The notes below the pieces were generated by a model that was given only the letters and a program-made list of their open reading frames with translations, made no database searches and was not told the origin of the DNA. A DNA stretch of 64,000 bases from an uncultured Candidatus Saccharibacteria bacterium (GTDB lineage Bacteria > Patescibacteriota > Saccharimonadia > UBA4664 > CAZJNH01), in NCBI GenBank assembly GCA_964478595.1, contig CAYZIN010000003.1, positions 1,357-65,356 of the forward strand. The letters run 5' to 3'. The position numbers were made by a program, and so were the translations under genes. The first letter of the stretch is position 1, and each line of letters opens with the position of its first letter. This document shows positions 9,308 through 18,804 of the stretch, piece after piece.

Positions 9308-10348
9308 GTGCCTGAGAAACAGGGACCAGCCGGCCAAGAACACGAATTTCACTCTAGCCTGACTGAGCTGGATATTGCCGAAACGATCGAGCGGATTCCT
9401 GACCAGGAACAAGCTAAAGCTATTGCCTTAAATACTCATACGGCGCTAGAACGTTTTAAAAAAGCCTGCCAGGAATCAGAGCCAGACTGGGCCAATTATC
9501 GCTGCGCGAATTATGACGCCAAATTGCTACCGAGCCTAACGACTTTATACGGTATTAAAGAAGCTGACATTGGTTCGTTGGGCCAGCATATCTACGGCGA
9601 ATTCACGAAGTTTGGCGAACACATGGATCGGCGGAAACAGGCTTTGCCGGCCACGGAGGGGATCGTTAAGCGAATTGAAGGTCAATATCCCTGGTTTTAC
9701 GTGGGTGTCAATGAGGTAGAACGGGTCCGAAGAGGTCTTCGGGAGCGCAATATTGGTCGAATCTACGTTAATCCGCAGCCCCAGAACGTGCCGCGGGTGT
9801 TTGCTGAAATAGTTAATCTTGGAGCAAAAACGCAGATTCCCTTTGAGCTAAAGGCGCGCGGAGTTATGCATTCGGGTTTAAATGAAATTTCCAAAAAATC
9901 GTATGAACGAAAAAACGGCGAGAGAACTATTTTGGCCCGCGACAGAATTGTGGTTTATTTCGACAATCGAGACGAGTCTGGGATGTTAAAAATAATAGAA
10001 GAGCTTGCTGGTTTGCACGGCAAAGAGATGTCTAACGATCGGCCAGATTTTACGATGCCTTTAGGAATTAAAGCTAACGGCCAAAAGGTTCCCGGATTTA
10101 GTTTTGGTGAAGAGCCGAATAAACGCGAAAAAGGTCGGACGGGCTCGTTCTCGAGCCGGCGGGAAGAAATCCTTAGCCTCATCGAACTCGGGGCTCAAAA
10201 GGCTGGACGGCGGGTTTACGAACCTAGTTTTAATATAGACGCTGCGTTCAATCAGGTTGCAAGGCGCGAAGGAATTGATCCAGATAATCCGGCATTTAAC
10301 TTGGGTAGCACTAATTTTCCAGAGATTCGAAAACTCGGTTTTAGGTAG
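9308..10348 (+). CDS. HopA1 effector-family-like protein
   Basis: RIYVN, FELKA, RDRIVVYF, PDFT, GFSFGEEP, SFSSRR match the HopA1-like motif order (from memory). Confidence 0.6.
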   Translation: MPEKQGPAGQEHEFHSSLTELDIAETIERIPDQEQAKAIALNTHTALERFKKACQESEPDWANYRCANYDAKLLPSLTTLYGIKEADIGSLGQHIYGEFTKFGEHMDRRKQALPATEGIVKRIEGQYPWFYVGVNEVERVRRGLRERNIGRIYVNPQPQNVPRVFAEIVNLGAKTQIPFELKARGVMHSGLNEISKKSYERKNGERTILARDRIVVYFDNRDESGMLKIIEELAGLHGKEMSNDRPDFTMPLGIKANGQKVPGFSFGEEPNKREKGRTGSFSSRREEILSLIELGAQKAGRRVYEPSFNIDAAFNQVARREGIDPDNPAFNLGSTNFPEIRKLGFR

Positions 10349-11198
10349 GGTGGCCGGCGAGGAACTCTTTTCCGGTCATTTCTTTTTTTCCGGCCGGTTT
10401 GAGCCGATCGATAATCAATGAACCTTTTGCTAAGTCCTTTGGCTCCGGTTCGCCGATGTGGGCGGCGGTGACGGTAACTTCGATGCCTCCAAGCTCAGTT
10501 TTGGATCCGGGCCAGCCGAGGTAAGCGCGAACTTGGCGTTCTATTTCAACTGCGGGTTTATTCCAATCGATCTGCCCGTCTTCTTTACTAATCATTGGAA
10601 TCACGGAAGCTTGTGATTCGTCTTGGGCTTTTGGTTTGAGCTTGCCGGACAAAATATCAGGCAGATGTTTGACTAGCATTTCTGAGCCAAGCTTCGATAG
10701 TTTTTCGTAGAGTTCTAGTCGAGTAGCGCCTTCAATGTTTATCGATTCGGCAACGTAGGTTGGGCCGGTGTCCATGCCGGCGTCGATTTGCATTAGCGTG
10801 ATGCCGGTTTCTTTATCGCCGTTTAAAATCGCGGCTTCGATTGGAGCGGGTCCGCGGTACTTTGGCAAAAGCGAGGCGTGAGTGTTTATCAGTCCTTTGG
10901 AGAATAAATCGATCACCGATTGCGGAATGATTTTACCGTAAGCCACCACCACCCCAGCATCGGGCTTTAGGGCTTCAAGTTCTTCTCGGATCTCCTTAAA
11001 TTTGAGCGGCTGAAAAACCTTGATGCCGTGAGCTTCGGCAATCTTTTTGACCGCCGGCACAATCAATTGCTGTCCGCGACCACCCGGTTTGTCGGGTTTG
11101 GTAATGACGGCTACGATATTAAATCCAGCGTCGATCAGCGCCTCGAGCGCTGGGGCGCTAAAGTCGGCCGTTCCAAAGAAAAACAATCGATCGGTCAT
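10341..11198 (-). CDS. fmt: Methionyl-tRNA formyltransferase
   Basis: FFGTADFS, PDKPGGRG, VAYGKI, HASLLPKYRGPAPI, MDTG. Confidence 0.97.
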   Translation of the reverse strand: MTDRLFFFGTADFSAPALEALIDAGFNIVAVITKPDKPGGRGQQLIVPAVKKIAEAHGIKVFQPLKFKEIREELEALKPDAGVVVAYGKIIPQSVIDLFSKGLINTHASLLPKYRGPAPIEAAILNGDKETGITLMQIDAGMDTGPTYVAESINIEGATRLELYEKLSKLGSEMLVKHLPDILSGKLKPKAQDESQASVIPMISKEDGQIDWNKPAVEIERQVRAYLGWPGSKTELGGIEVTVTAAHIGEPEPKDLAKGSLIIDRLKPAGKKEMTGKEFLAGHPT

Positions 11199-11263
11199 AA
11201 ATTTAGCATATCGAGATAGCCTGAAATTGACAGCATAAGCGGTTTGACTGATACTGGGTGGAG

Positions 11264-11917
11264 ATGAATCCTAGTTTTTCTAATCCGCACCAACCCCACG
11301 ACGTTTTTCAGCCCAATGGGGAAGTGCATCATTCTCCTCCGCAGCAGCCAACTTCGCCGCCCCCGACAGTAACCCCCGTTCAAACGTTCGAACCGACTCT
11401 TCAACCAACCCCAGTTATCAAGTACTTGTCGACACACGCGACCGAGTTTTTTCTAATGTTGTTAGCGATGGCCCTGGCGGCTTTTTCTTTGGGTGCTATT
11501 TTGCATAGCGGAGTTGATCGTTTAACTGGCGTTGATAGCAGTTATTTTACCGACGCTTTTTCCATTTCCAGCGCGTCGCTGATTGTGTCGTTACCGATTT
11601 TCGCCTTACTCTTTTTGCGCATTAAGCGAGCAGAGCATCGCAACCCGGTTCTCTCTCAAGACATCTCGCGCCACCGATTAGTGCAGCTTACTCTGGTTGT
11701 TAGCTTTTTGGTGGGACTCAGTAAGTTGATTACGTATTTTTACGGCTTGCTAAACCATACCAGCTCCGATGGCGGTTTTAATATCTTTAGTTTTTTTGGA
11801 GCGGGAGACACCTCGACTACTTCGGGGTGGGGTAATTTCTTGCATATGGTTGTGACCATGGCGATCGCGGGCGGGATCTTTACTTATTTTTGGATCGACC
11901 ATCACCGAAGGGTCTAG
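11264..11917 (+). CDS. Four-TM membrane protein (DUF5671-like) with Pro-rich N-terminus
   Basis: Four hydrophobic helices; ASLIVSLPIF; promoter TTGACA-17-GATACT at 11227-11255. Confidence 0.65.
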   Translation: MNPSFSNPHQPHDVFQPNGEVHHSPPQQPTSPPPTVTPVQTFEPTLQPTPVIKYLSTHATEFFLMLLAMALAAFSLGAILHSGVDRLTGVDSSYFTDAFSISSASLIVSLPIFALLFLRIKRAEHRNPVLSQDISRHRLVQLTLVVSFLVGLSKLITYFYGLLNHTSSDGGFNIFSFFGAGDTSTTSGWGNFLHMVVTMAIAGGIFTYFWIDHHRRV

Positions 11918-11918
11918 T

Positions 11919-12659
11919 TTGAAGAAATATTATGTCTTTATGGCGGTCTTAATGGTGATCGGCGCAGTGGCAGTAGTTGCGCAATATGGATTGGCGCAAG
12001 GCCCGAAAACCGACCAGCAACTAGCAACCGATATGTCCGAGATACAGGATAAAGTTGACGCCTTCGCCACCAAAAACAAGGCTCTCCCGGAGAAATTATC
12101 CGACGTTCAACTCACCGCCAAACTATCTAAAAGCGTAAAGCAAAACAATATCTCCTACCAAAAGGACGACTACAATGTTTTCGAGCTATGCGCGACCTTT
12201 AAAACCAGCACCATATCCAAAGCCGAGCAAGCCCGCCAAGTCAACGATAATGTCGATGGTTTCTTCTACGACACTCCCAGCTCTCACGACAAGGGCCACC
12301 AATGTTTTAAACGTACCGCTTACGGGGTAGATAACCCCATCGATCTAAAAACTAGTGCAGACAGTCTAAGCCTGCACTCTTCCTCGAGCGCCACTTCTTC
12401 TAGTCCTAGCACAATTCAGGCCACCGGCAGCAAACAAGAGGCTGGCACTGTCACGCAGATGGATCTCACCAATAAAAAGATTTACTACCAGATATTTAAC
12501 TCTGAGGAGCACAACGCTTCGTGGTCCACCAATCCAACGGTTGTAAATTACAAAGACTCATCTAAGACTAAGTTGAGCGATATCGCGGTTGGTGATTCTG
12601 TTAGGGTGACGCTTGGCCGAGATGGTTATGTTTCGGAAATCGAAGTTCTAAAAAGCTAG
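11919..12659 (+). CDS. Membrane-anchored protein with pilin-like helix and C-terminal OB-like region
   Basis: N-terminal TM; D..L..D...IQ...LP..L; FELCATF...GHQCF; LSDIAVGDSVRV. Confidence 0.55.
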   Translation: MKKYYVFMAVLMVIGAVAVVAQYGLAQGPKTDQQLATDMSEIQDKVDAFATKNKALPEKLSDVQLTAKLSKSVKQNNISYQKDDYNVFELCATFKTSTISKAEQARQVNDNVDGFFYDTPSSHDKGHQCFKRTAYGVDNPIDLKTSADSLSLHSSSSATSSSPSTIQATGSKQEAGTVTQMDLTNKKIYYQIFNSEEHNASWSTNPTVVNYKDSSKTKLSDIAVGDSVRVTLGRDGYVSEIEVLKS

Positions 12660-13129
12660 TTGATACTGTCGATTTCGTAAGTACCGTTGCTATCGGTGGC
12701 CGACTCGTCGTTCTTGTTTTCTAGGGTCGCTGTCAGTGCGAAAGATGTGCAATCATTCGTGCAGCCGTCAGGCGATGGCTTGTAAGAATATTTTCTAGGC
12801 GGTAGCGGATCTTGAGGCAAGCTGGGCAAGTACCCACTGACGAGAACTTTTGATAATCCCGAGTAGTCGCCGCTGGGGTAACTGCCGGGGTCTTGGTCAT
12901 TGTAGTAAGTTTCTAGCGCGTTTTTAACGCTTCGTAGGTCGGCCTTACGCTGAGCGTCACGAGCTCGAGAAGAACCGCTCGAGGAATAGCCGATCCCGCC
13001 GCCGGTGCTTGAGGATTTCGAATTGATATGGCCGATAATAGAGATTAACAAACCGGCCACAGCTAAAGCTCCGATGCTGCCGGTTACGTAGACTAGCCAA
13101 GCTGGTTTGTTTGCCGTTTGGGGAAGCAT
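12656..13129 (-). CDS. Pilin/GspG-like protein lacking a prepilin cleavage motif
   Basis: RARDAQRKADLRSVKNALETYYND..YP; LPSLPQDP; FALTATLEN. Confidence 0.7.
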   Translation of the reverse strand: MLPQTANKPAWLVYVTGSIGALAVAGLLISIIGHINSKSSSTGGGIGYSSSGSSRARDAQRKADLRSVKNALETYYNDQDPGSYPSGDYSGLSKVLVSGYLPSLPQDPLPPRKYSYKPSPDGCTNDCTSFALTATLENKNDESATDSNGTYEIDSIN

Positions 13130-13136
13130 AAGCAGA

Positions 13137-13673
13137 TTATAGCGTAGTTGGTTTGAATTTGCCGGAAGGTTGAAGTTCGAAGAGCTTACTTTGATCGTCC
13201 ACGCGTTCTAGGAAAACCTTACCGTCAAGATGATCGAGCTCGTGTTGAAAGACGCGCGCTAAAAAGCCCTTGGCGGTGACTTTGACTTCTTTTCCTGCTA
13301 GGTTGAGAGCTTTCACTTTGACTGTTGGGTAACGAGGAACATTGCCGTAAATCGACTGCACGCTCAAACAGCCCTCTAAATCCTCTTCCGGTTCGCCTTC
13401 GTACTTAGTAATTTCGGGATTGATGTAAACATCGAAGTCGCGGCTTTTCTTGTTCTCCATTTTGCTGCGGACAATAACTACCCGGTAGGGTTGGCCAATT
13501 TGAATTGCAGCCAACGCTGCGGCCGACTCGTGCTCGCGATGATCTTCCCAATCCAAAGTCGCCTCGGTCATATCTTTAACCAGCTTTTTAATAGAAGAGT
13601 CGATGATGTTGATCCGCTTCGACTTTTGCTTCAGCCGTTTGTCCGGCAGGCTTACCAGATCTTTTTCGGTCAT
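13137..13673 (-). CDS. def: Peptide deformylase
   Basis: ALAAIQIG, EGCLS, QHELDHLDG. Confidence 0.95.
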   Translation of the reverse strand: MTEKDLVSLPDKRLKQKSKRINIIDSSIKKLVKDMTEATLDWEDHREHESAAALAAIQIGQPYRVVIVRSKMENKKSRDFDVYINPEITKYEGEPEEDLEGCLSVQSIYGNVPRYPTVKVKALNLAGKEVKVTAKGFLARVFQHELDHLDGKVFLERVDDQSKLFELQPSGKFKPTTL

Positions 13674-13692
13674 GAAGTAATTTTACCTTAAT

Positions 13693-15627
13693 CTAAAGCA
13701 AATTGATGGGGTCGGGGTCGACTGTCCAAGCGGTGGGGACTTTTTTGGCTGCCTCAATGAGGATATGGCGAAAAGGTGATTTAGCGATTAATTGCCAATT
13801 ATACTTACCAGCCGATTGCTCGTGATAGGCGGGGGCGGGTCCGAGGATAGTGATGCCGGCAGTTTTGATCGCTTCGGCGATTTTTTTGGATTCGGCCTCG
13901 GCTTTTTCGGCACTTTTGGCGGATAGTTCAAGCTTCAGTAGATAAGAGTAGGGTGGGTATTTAAGAAGGTGACGTTGGGCCAACTCGGCTTTCGAAAATT
14001 CATCAAAGTTGCCCTTGGCGGCGGCAATTATTGCTGGATGGTCGGGCGAGTAAGTTTGAATAATCACTTTACCTGGTTCGTTGGCGCGGCCGGTTCGGCC
14101 GCTGACTTGGCTAATTAACTGGAAGGTGCGCTCGGCGGCGGTGAAGTCGGGGAGGTAAAGCAGGGAGTCGGCCAAAACGATTCCGACCGTGTCTACCAGC
14201 GGCAAATTCAGGCCTTTGGCGATCATTTGGGTGCCGATTAAAATGTCGATTTTTCCGGCATGCAAGTCGGCGTGAGTTTGGTTAATGAACTTTGGTGTGG
14301 CAGTGTCTTTGTCGAGCCGGGCAATTTTAGCGGTGGGGAAGAGGCTTTTAACTTCGGCTTCCACGCGCTGGGTGCCGCCGCCCAAGAATTTGAACTTGGT
14401 CTCGCCGCACTCGGGACATTTAGGGGGTGGGGGAGACACGTAGTTGCAGTGGTGGCAGACCAGCCGCAGCCGATCGGCGTGAAAGGTAAGTGGCAGTTGG
14501 CAACTAGGGCACAGCGATACGTAGCCGCAGCTGCCGCAAATATGGGTGGTTGCGCTGCCGCGGCGGTTTATGAACAGCAGCGATTGCCGATTAGCTTCTA
14601 ATGTTTCGGTTAACGCTTCTTTCAGCTCACTAGAGATTAACTGGCCGCTTTTACGTTGGCGCAAGTCGATGATTTGGCCGATCGGCAAACTTTGCCCGCC
14701 CGCGCGGCTCTTCATTTCTAGTAACTTCAACCGCCCCTGTGCAGCTAAAAACATTTGGTTAACGCTAGGCGTGGCGCTGCCGAGGATTAACTTGGCGCCG
14801 TGAAGCTTAGCCAATTTGGCGGCCACGGCGTCGGTTTGGTAACGCGGCGCTTGTTCGGACTTGTAGGTGGTTTCGTGACACTCATCGATAGCAATCAGTC
14901 CTAGGTTTTTGACCGGCAAAAAAAGGGCAGAGCGGGGACCAATTATGACCCGCGGCCGTTTATCGTTTAAGATTTCCTGCCAATTTAGGAATTTCTGCGC
15001 CGGCGTCATTCGTGAGTGGCGGGAAATGACCTTGTCGCCAAACACTTCGTGAAAACGGGCGATGATTTGGGGCGTTAAGGCAATTTCCGGTACCAGAATA
15101 ATGGCCGATTTGCCGGCCTCGATCGCATCTTTGGCCAGCTGAATGTAGATGTGGGTTTTGCCCGAGCCGGTCACGCCGTGGAGCAAAAAGGGGCCCGGCT
15201 CTTTTTTGGCTGCTGCCAAAGCCTTGATTTGACCCTGGCTTTCGGGTTGATCGGGCCAGTTGATTTTAGGAAAGTCCTGTTTGGTTCGCGTCGATTGAGG
15301 TGGCTTATCGAGGTTGGCCGGTAGGATGGTTTGCCAAACGGCGGCTGGGGAGGCGAGGTAGTACTCAAACAACCAATGCGCCAAGTCGATCAACTCAGCG
15401 GGCAATTGCCATTTGGTTTCCGGAATTGAGACGGCCTTAGTTTTAAATGAAGGCTTAGATTCGGTTCCGGTAACGACGCCCCAAACGGTGCGGCGCAGCA
15501 GGGGAATCTTTACCAATAAACCAATCGGCAAATTCTGGTCGGATTCATAAGTAAATTCAAATCGGTCGGTCGCTCCATAACCTGCGGGGGAGACGAGATA
15601 GTATTTCTTCTGTAGTGCCACGCTCAT
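13693..15627 (-). CDS. priA: Primosomal protein N'
   Basis: LLHGVTGSGKT, LVPEIALTPQ, DECHE, four CxxC, GTQMIAKG, QVSGRTGR. Confidence 0.97.
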   Translation of the reverse strand: MSVALQKKYYLVSPAGYGATDRFEFTYESDQNLPIGLLVKIPLLRRTVWGVVTGTESKPSFKTKAVSIPETKWQLPAELIDLAHWLFEYYLASPAAVWQTILPANLDKPPQSTRTKQDFPKINWPDQPESQGQIKALAAAKKEPGPFLLHGVTGSGKTHIYIQLAKDAIEAGKSAIILVPEIALTPQIIARFHEVFGDKVISRHSRMTPAQKFLNWQEILNDKRPRVIIGPRSALFLPVKNLGLIAIDECHETTYKSEQAPRYQTDAVAAKLAKLHGAKLILGSATPSVNQMFLAAQGRLKLLEMKSRAGGQSLPIGQIIDLRQRKSGQLISSELKEALTETLEANRQSLLFINRRGSATTHICGSCGYVSLCPSCQLPLTFHADRLRLVCHHCNYVSPPPPKCPECGETKFKFLGGGTQRVEAEVKSLFPTAKIARLDKDTATPKFINQTHADLHAGKIDILIGTQMIAKGLNLPLVDTVGIVLADSLLYLPDFTAAERTFQLISQVSGRTGRANEPGKVIIQTYSPDHPAIIAAAKGNFDEFSKAELAQRHLLKYPPYSYLLKLELSAKSAEKAEAESKKIAEAIKTAGITILGPAPAYHEQSAGKYNWQLIAKSPFRHILIEAAKKVPTAWTVDPDPINLL

Positions 15628-15648
15628 AGTATATAATCCTTCAGGTAG

Positions 15649-16983
15649 ATGAAGCTGAAAACTAAGTTTTATTTAATTTTGGTCATGGCGGTGTTGGCGG
15701 CCATTGTGGCTTATCCGCGCGAGCATGACATCTTAAAATTCGTGGGTATTAAAACCAATCTGCAGGTTAAACGAGGCTTGGATTTGCAAGGTGGCACCCA
15801 CTTAGCCTATCAGGCCGATTTGAAGGGGATTGCGTCTGGCGATCGGGCGGGCGCGATGAGCAGTTTGGTTTCGGCCATCCAACGGCGGATTAATCCCAGC
15901 GGTACCAGCGAAGTTTTGGTCCAGACCGCCGGCTCCGACCGGGTAATTATTGAGTGTCCCGGTACTAACGCCAACTGTAGTCCGGATATTATTGGCCGGC
16001 AGGCGAATCTGCAATTTCTAGAAATTACTAATGATAATAAGGTAATCGACACTGGGGTTAGCGGTAAGGACGTTGATCGAGCGGATGCGGACTTTTCTTC
16101 GAACTCAACCGGCTCAACCGGCTTACCCATTGTGCGGCTGCGGATGAAATCTGGATCCTCAACCACCAAGTTCTCCAGCGTTACCTCTCACATCAACCAG
16201 GTTGGCGATAAGCTAGTGACACTGCTGGATAACCAAATAGTGTTCGGTCCTGCCACAGTCTCTTCGGCAATTACCGATGGAACCGCGCAGCTGCAGGGCA
16301 ACTTCGACGTTAAACAAGCCAAACAAATCGCGCTAGAGATTAACGCCGGAGCCTTACCGGTGCCAATTACACTCGGCGAGGAAGCGACCGTCGGTCCGAC
16401 TTTGGGCCAAGAGGCGGTCTCCAAAAGTCTGATCGCCGGGTTAATCGGACTGATAATTTTGGCAGCTTTTATGATTTGGTATTACCGTCTGGCGGGTCTA
16501 GTGGCAGTCTCGGCGCTGGCGATTTACACCGTTTTGATGCTGAGTTACTTTAAGCTAAGTACCTACATTCCCGGCGGGTGGTTTGTGTTTAGTCCGATCG
16601 TTTTGACTCTAGCCGGCATTGCGGCGTTTATTATTTCAATTGGGATGGCGGTGGATGCCAACATTTTGATTTTCGAACGCATGAAAGAAGAGCTGCGCCA
16701 TGGCAAAAGCTTTGTAGCGGCGGTAGAAGCCGGCTTTGACCGAGCTTGGCCGAGTATTCGCGACTCCAACGTTACTACTTTAATTTCGACCATTATTCTT
16801 TACTCGTTTAGCGGAGGCACTCCCCAAATCAAGGGCTTTGCAGTTACCCTGGCTATCGGTGTGCTGTTTAGTATGTTTACGGCGGTGGTGATTAGCAGAA
16901 CGTTTATGCGAATGCTAATTCGGACTCGGGCGGGGCGTAACCCCAAGCTTTATGGCTTGCAGGGAATGGAAGCGGAAGTATGA
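15649..16983 (+). CDS. secD: Protein translocase subunit SecD
   Basis: GLDLQGG, GALPVP, VGPTLG, IGMAVDANILIFER. Confidence 0.97.
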   Translation: MKLKTKFYLILVMAVLAAIVAYPREHDILKFVGIKTNLQVKRGLDLQGGTHLAYQADLKGIASGDRAGAMSSLVSAIQRRINPSGTSEVLVQTAGSDRVIIECPGTNANCSPDIIGRQANLQFLEITNDNKVIDTGVSGKDVDRADADFSSNSTGSTGLPIVRLRMKSGSSTTKFSSVTSHINQVGDKLVTLLDNQIVFGPATVSSAITDGTAQLQGNFDVKQAKQIALEINAGALPVPITLGEEATVGPTLGQEAVSKSLIAGLIGLIILAAFMIWYYRLAGLVAVSALAIYTVLMLSYFKLSTYIPGGWFVFSPIVLTLAGIAAFIISIGMAVDANILIFERMKEELRHGKSFVAAVEAGFDRAWPSIRDSNVTTLISTIILYSFSGGTPQIKGFAVTLAIGVLFSMFTAVVISRTFMRMLIRTRAGRNPKLYGLQGMEAEV

Positions 16984-17891
16984 AAATTATCGGCCGTCGC
17001 AAACTTTGGTACGCGATCTCAACCTTATTGATCTTGCCCGGTCTTATCTCTTTGGCGACTCACGGATTGCGATTAGGCATCGACTTTACGGGCGGTTCAA
17101 CCGAAGTCGTGCAGGGCAGTTTAAGCCGCGACAAATTCACCAAACTCTCAAGCGATCTAGGCTTTACCGATGTAGTCGTGACGCCAGAAAGTGGGAATCG
17201 CACCTCGGTTCGCTTTAGCGATAAGGCCAATGCCTCACTAGCCAATACTCACCACAACGCATTAAAGGCTCGGCTGGCTCAAGCCGGTTTTACCGAAATT
17301 CAGTTCAGCAATGTTGGGCCGGTGGTTTCCAAAGACATTACCCGTAACGCTATCGTTGCTATTGCCGTCGTTTCGCTAGCCATCGTTATCTACATTGGCT
17401 TTGCTTTCCGAAACGCGCCGCCGCCGGTCAAACCGGTTAGTTTTGGTATTGCGACTATCATTGCCTTGCTCCACGACGCCCTGTTTTTGATTGGACTGTT
17501 TTCGATCCTCGGTTGGCTGTTTAAGGTTGAGGTCGATGCGTTATTCGTGACGGCCGTTTTGACTGTCATCGGATTTTCGGTGCACGATACGATTGTGGTG
17601 TTTGACCGGGTCCGCGAAAACCTCCGCCGTGAGCGCAAACCGTTTGATGAGATCGTCAATGACAGTGTTAATCAAACTTTTGCCAGGTCGCTTAATACTT
17701 CAATGACTGTACTGCTAGTTTTGCTCGCACTGTACTTATTTGGGGGAGAGTCGATCAAGCTGTTCGTCTTGGCACTACTCGCCGGAATCGCGTCGGGAAC
17801 TTATTCTTCGATCTTCAACGCCTCGCCGCTGCTGGTGACCTACCACAACTGGCAAACCAAACGTAAAAGGATTAAGCTGCTTTCACTTTGA
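16980..17891 (+). CDS. secF: Protein translocase subunit SecF
   Basis: LGIDFTGG, ALLHD, GFSVHDTIVVFDRVREN, GTYSSIF. Confidence 0.97.
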   Translation: MKIIGRRKLWYAISTLLILPGLISLATHGLRLGIDFTGGSTEVVQGSLSRDKFTKLSSDLGFTDVVVTPESGNRTSVRFSDKANASLANTHHNALKARLAQAGFTEIQFSNVGPVVSKDITRNAIVAIAVVSLAIVIYIGFAFRNAPPPVKPVSFGIATIIALLHDALFLIGLFSILGWLFKVEVDALFVTAVLTVIGFSVHDTIVVFDRVRENLRRERKPFDEIVNDSVNQTFARSLNTSMTVLLVLLALYLFGGESIKLFVLALLAGIASGTYSSIFNASPLLVTYHNWQTKRKRIKLLSL

Positions 17892-18108
17892 TCTTGAGGG
17901 AGGCTTTTTCGATTTTAGCTTTGGCGTGTTTTTGGGGTGGCTGATGATTGATCTCGATATTCATAAACTTTCCGATCGGTTCTTCCGCAATCTGTGATGG
18001 TTTCCGATCGGGTAGCCGTTTGTTATTTAAGTGCCCGCAATTCAAACAGAAGTTGCCGTGGGCGGTTTCGATTAGGTTTTTGTGCTCACAATCATTAAGC
18101 ATAAGCAT
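17872..18108 (-). CDS. Small hypothetical protein with possible zinc ribbon
   Basis: CEH...FCLNCG; fills the gap between secF and the divergent regulator. Confidence 0.45.
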   Translation of the reverse strand: MLMLNDCEHKNLIETAHGNFCLNCGHLNNKRLPDRKPSQIAEEPIGKFMNIEINHQPPQKHAKAKIEKASLKIKVKAA

Positions 18109-18162
18109 ATTGTACTATTGAGCACACTTTTTTGAACAACAAAAATAACGAAAAATAAGCAT

Positions 18163-18191
18163 TTGCATTATGAAAAGTAATGTTGTAAATT
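18163..18191 (+). promoter_or_regulatory. sigma70-type promoter of the wHTH gene
   Basis: TTGCAT-17-TAAATT. Confidence 0.55.
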
Positions 18192-18220
18192 ATTCACAGA
18201 TAGAGAGGAGGGGTGCGAGC

Positions 18221-18511
18221 GTGATATTAGATCTGTTTATTACGTCAAAAACACGGCGCAAAATCGTTGCTGTTTACACCAAACACCCCGATTTCCGGAT
18301 TCACGTCCGCGGTTTGGCCAAGATGATTAAAGAGGACCCGGGTAATGTGCAGCGGGAACTAAGTCGGTTGGAAAAAGCCGGTTTTGTAACTAGCTCGCGC
18401 GACGGCAACTCCAAAGTCTACGGTGCCAACCAGAGCTTCTATCTATTCAGAGACCTACAGAGCATGGTCCTGAAGGCGTCGCAAATGCAAGGGAGAGGCG
18501 CCAAAGCATAA
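18221..18511 (+). CDS. Winged-HTH transcriptional regulator (ArsR-like)
   Basis: SKTRRKI, VRGLAKMIKEDPGNVQRELSRLEKAGFV; GTG start after SD GAGGAGG. Confidence 0.85.
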   Translation: MILDLFITSKTRRKIVAVYTKHPDFRIHVRGLAKMIKEDPGNVQRELSRLEKAGFVTSSRDGNSKVYGANQSFYLFRDLQSMVLKASQMQGRGAKA

Positions 18512-18560
18512 GTTCGGGTTCCGAAAATAATAAAAAACTAAAAGAAAGGTCCAAACAAAA

Positions 18561-18713
18561 ATGTTCGCCAAAATGTTCAAAAAGCACAATATCAAAGTTA
18601 TGGGAGAATCGAGTATTTATAGGCCGACGATTCGCGTCAGCCAGCCACAGCGGCCGGTCAACTTCATTGCAAGAAGTGAACCGGTTTTTGCGTATCAGGA
18701 GCGAGCTCGCTAA
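18561..18713 (+). CDS. 50-aa small protein not in the ORF track
   Basis: MFAKMFKKHNIKVMGESSIYRPTIRVSQPQRPVNFIARSEPVFAYQERAR; AGAAAGG upstream; terminator-like hairpin at ~18740-18775. Confidence 0.55.
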   Translation: MFAKMFKKHNIKVMGESSIYRPTIRVSQPQRPVNFIARSEPVFAYQERAR

Positions 18714-18804
18714 AAAGTACGTTTTTTCTGTGGAAGAATAGCAAAAGCCCCCGCCTAACGGGGGCCCTTGCTTTCCTTGTCGGGAAAGTGGTCCCTAGCG
18801 GGGG

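Noticed and set aside
13137-13673. Deformylase motif 1 lacks GxG (SAAALAAIQ)
   Set aside because: Metal and catalytic motifs EGCLS and HELDH are intact, so it is treated as a lineage variant rather than a pseudogene
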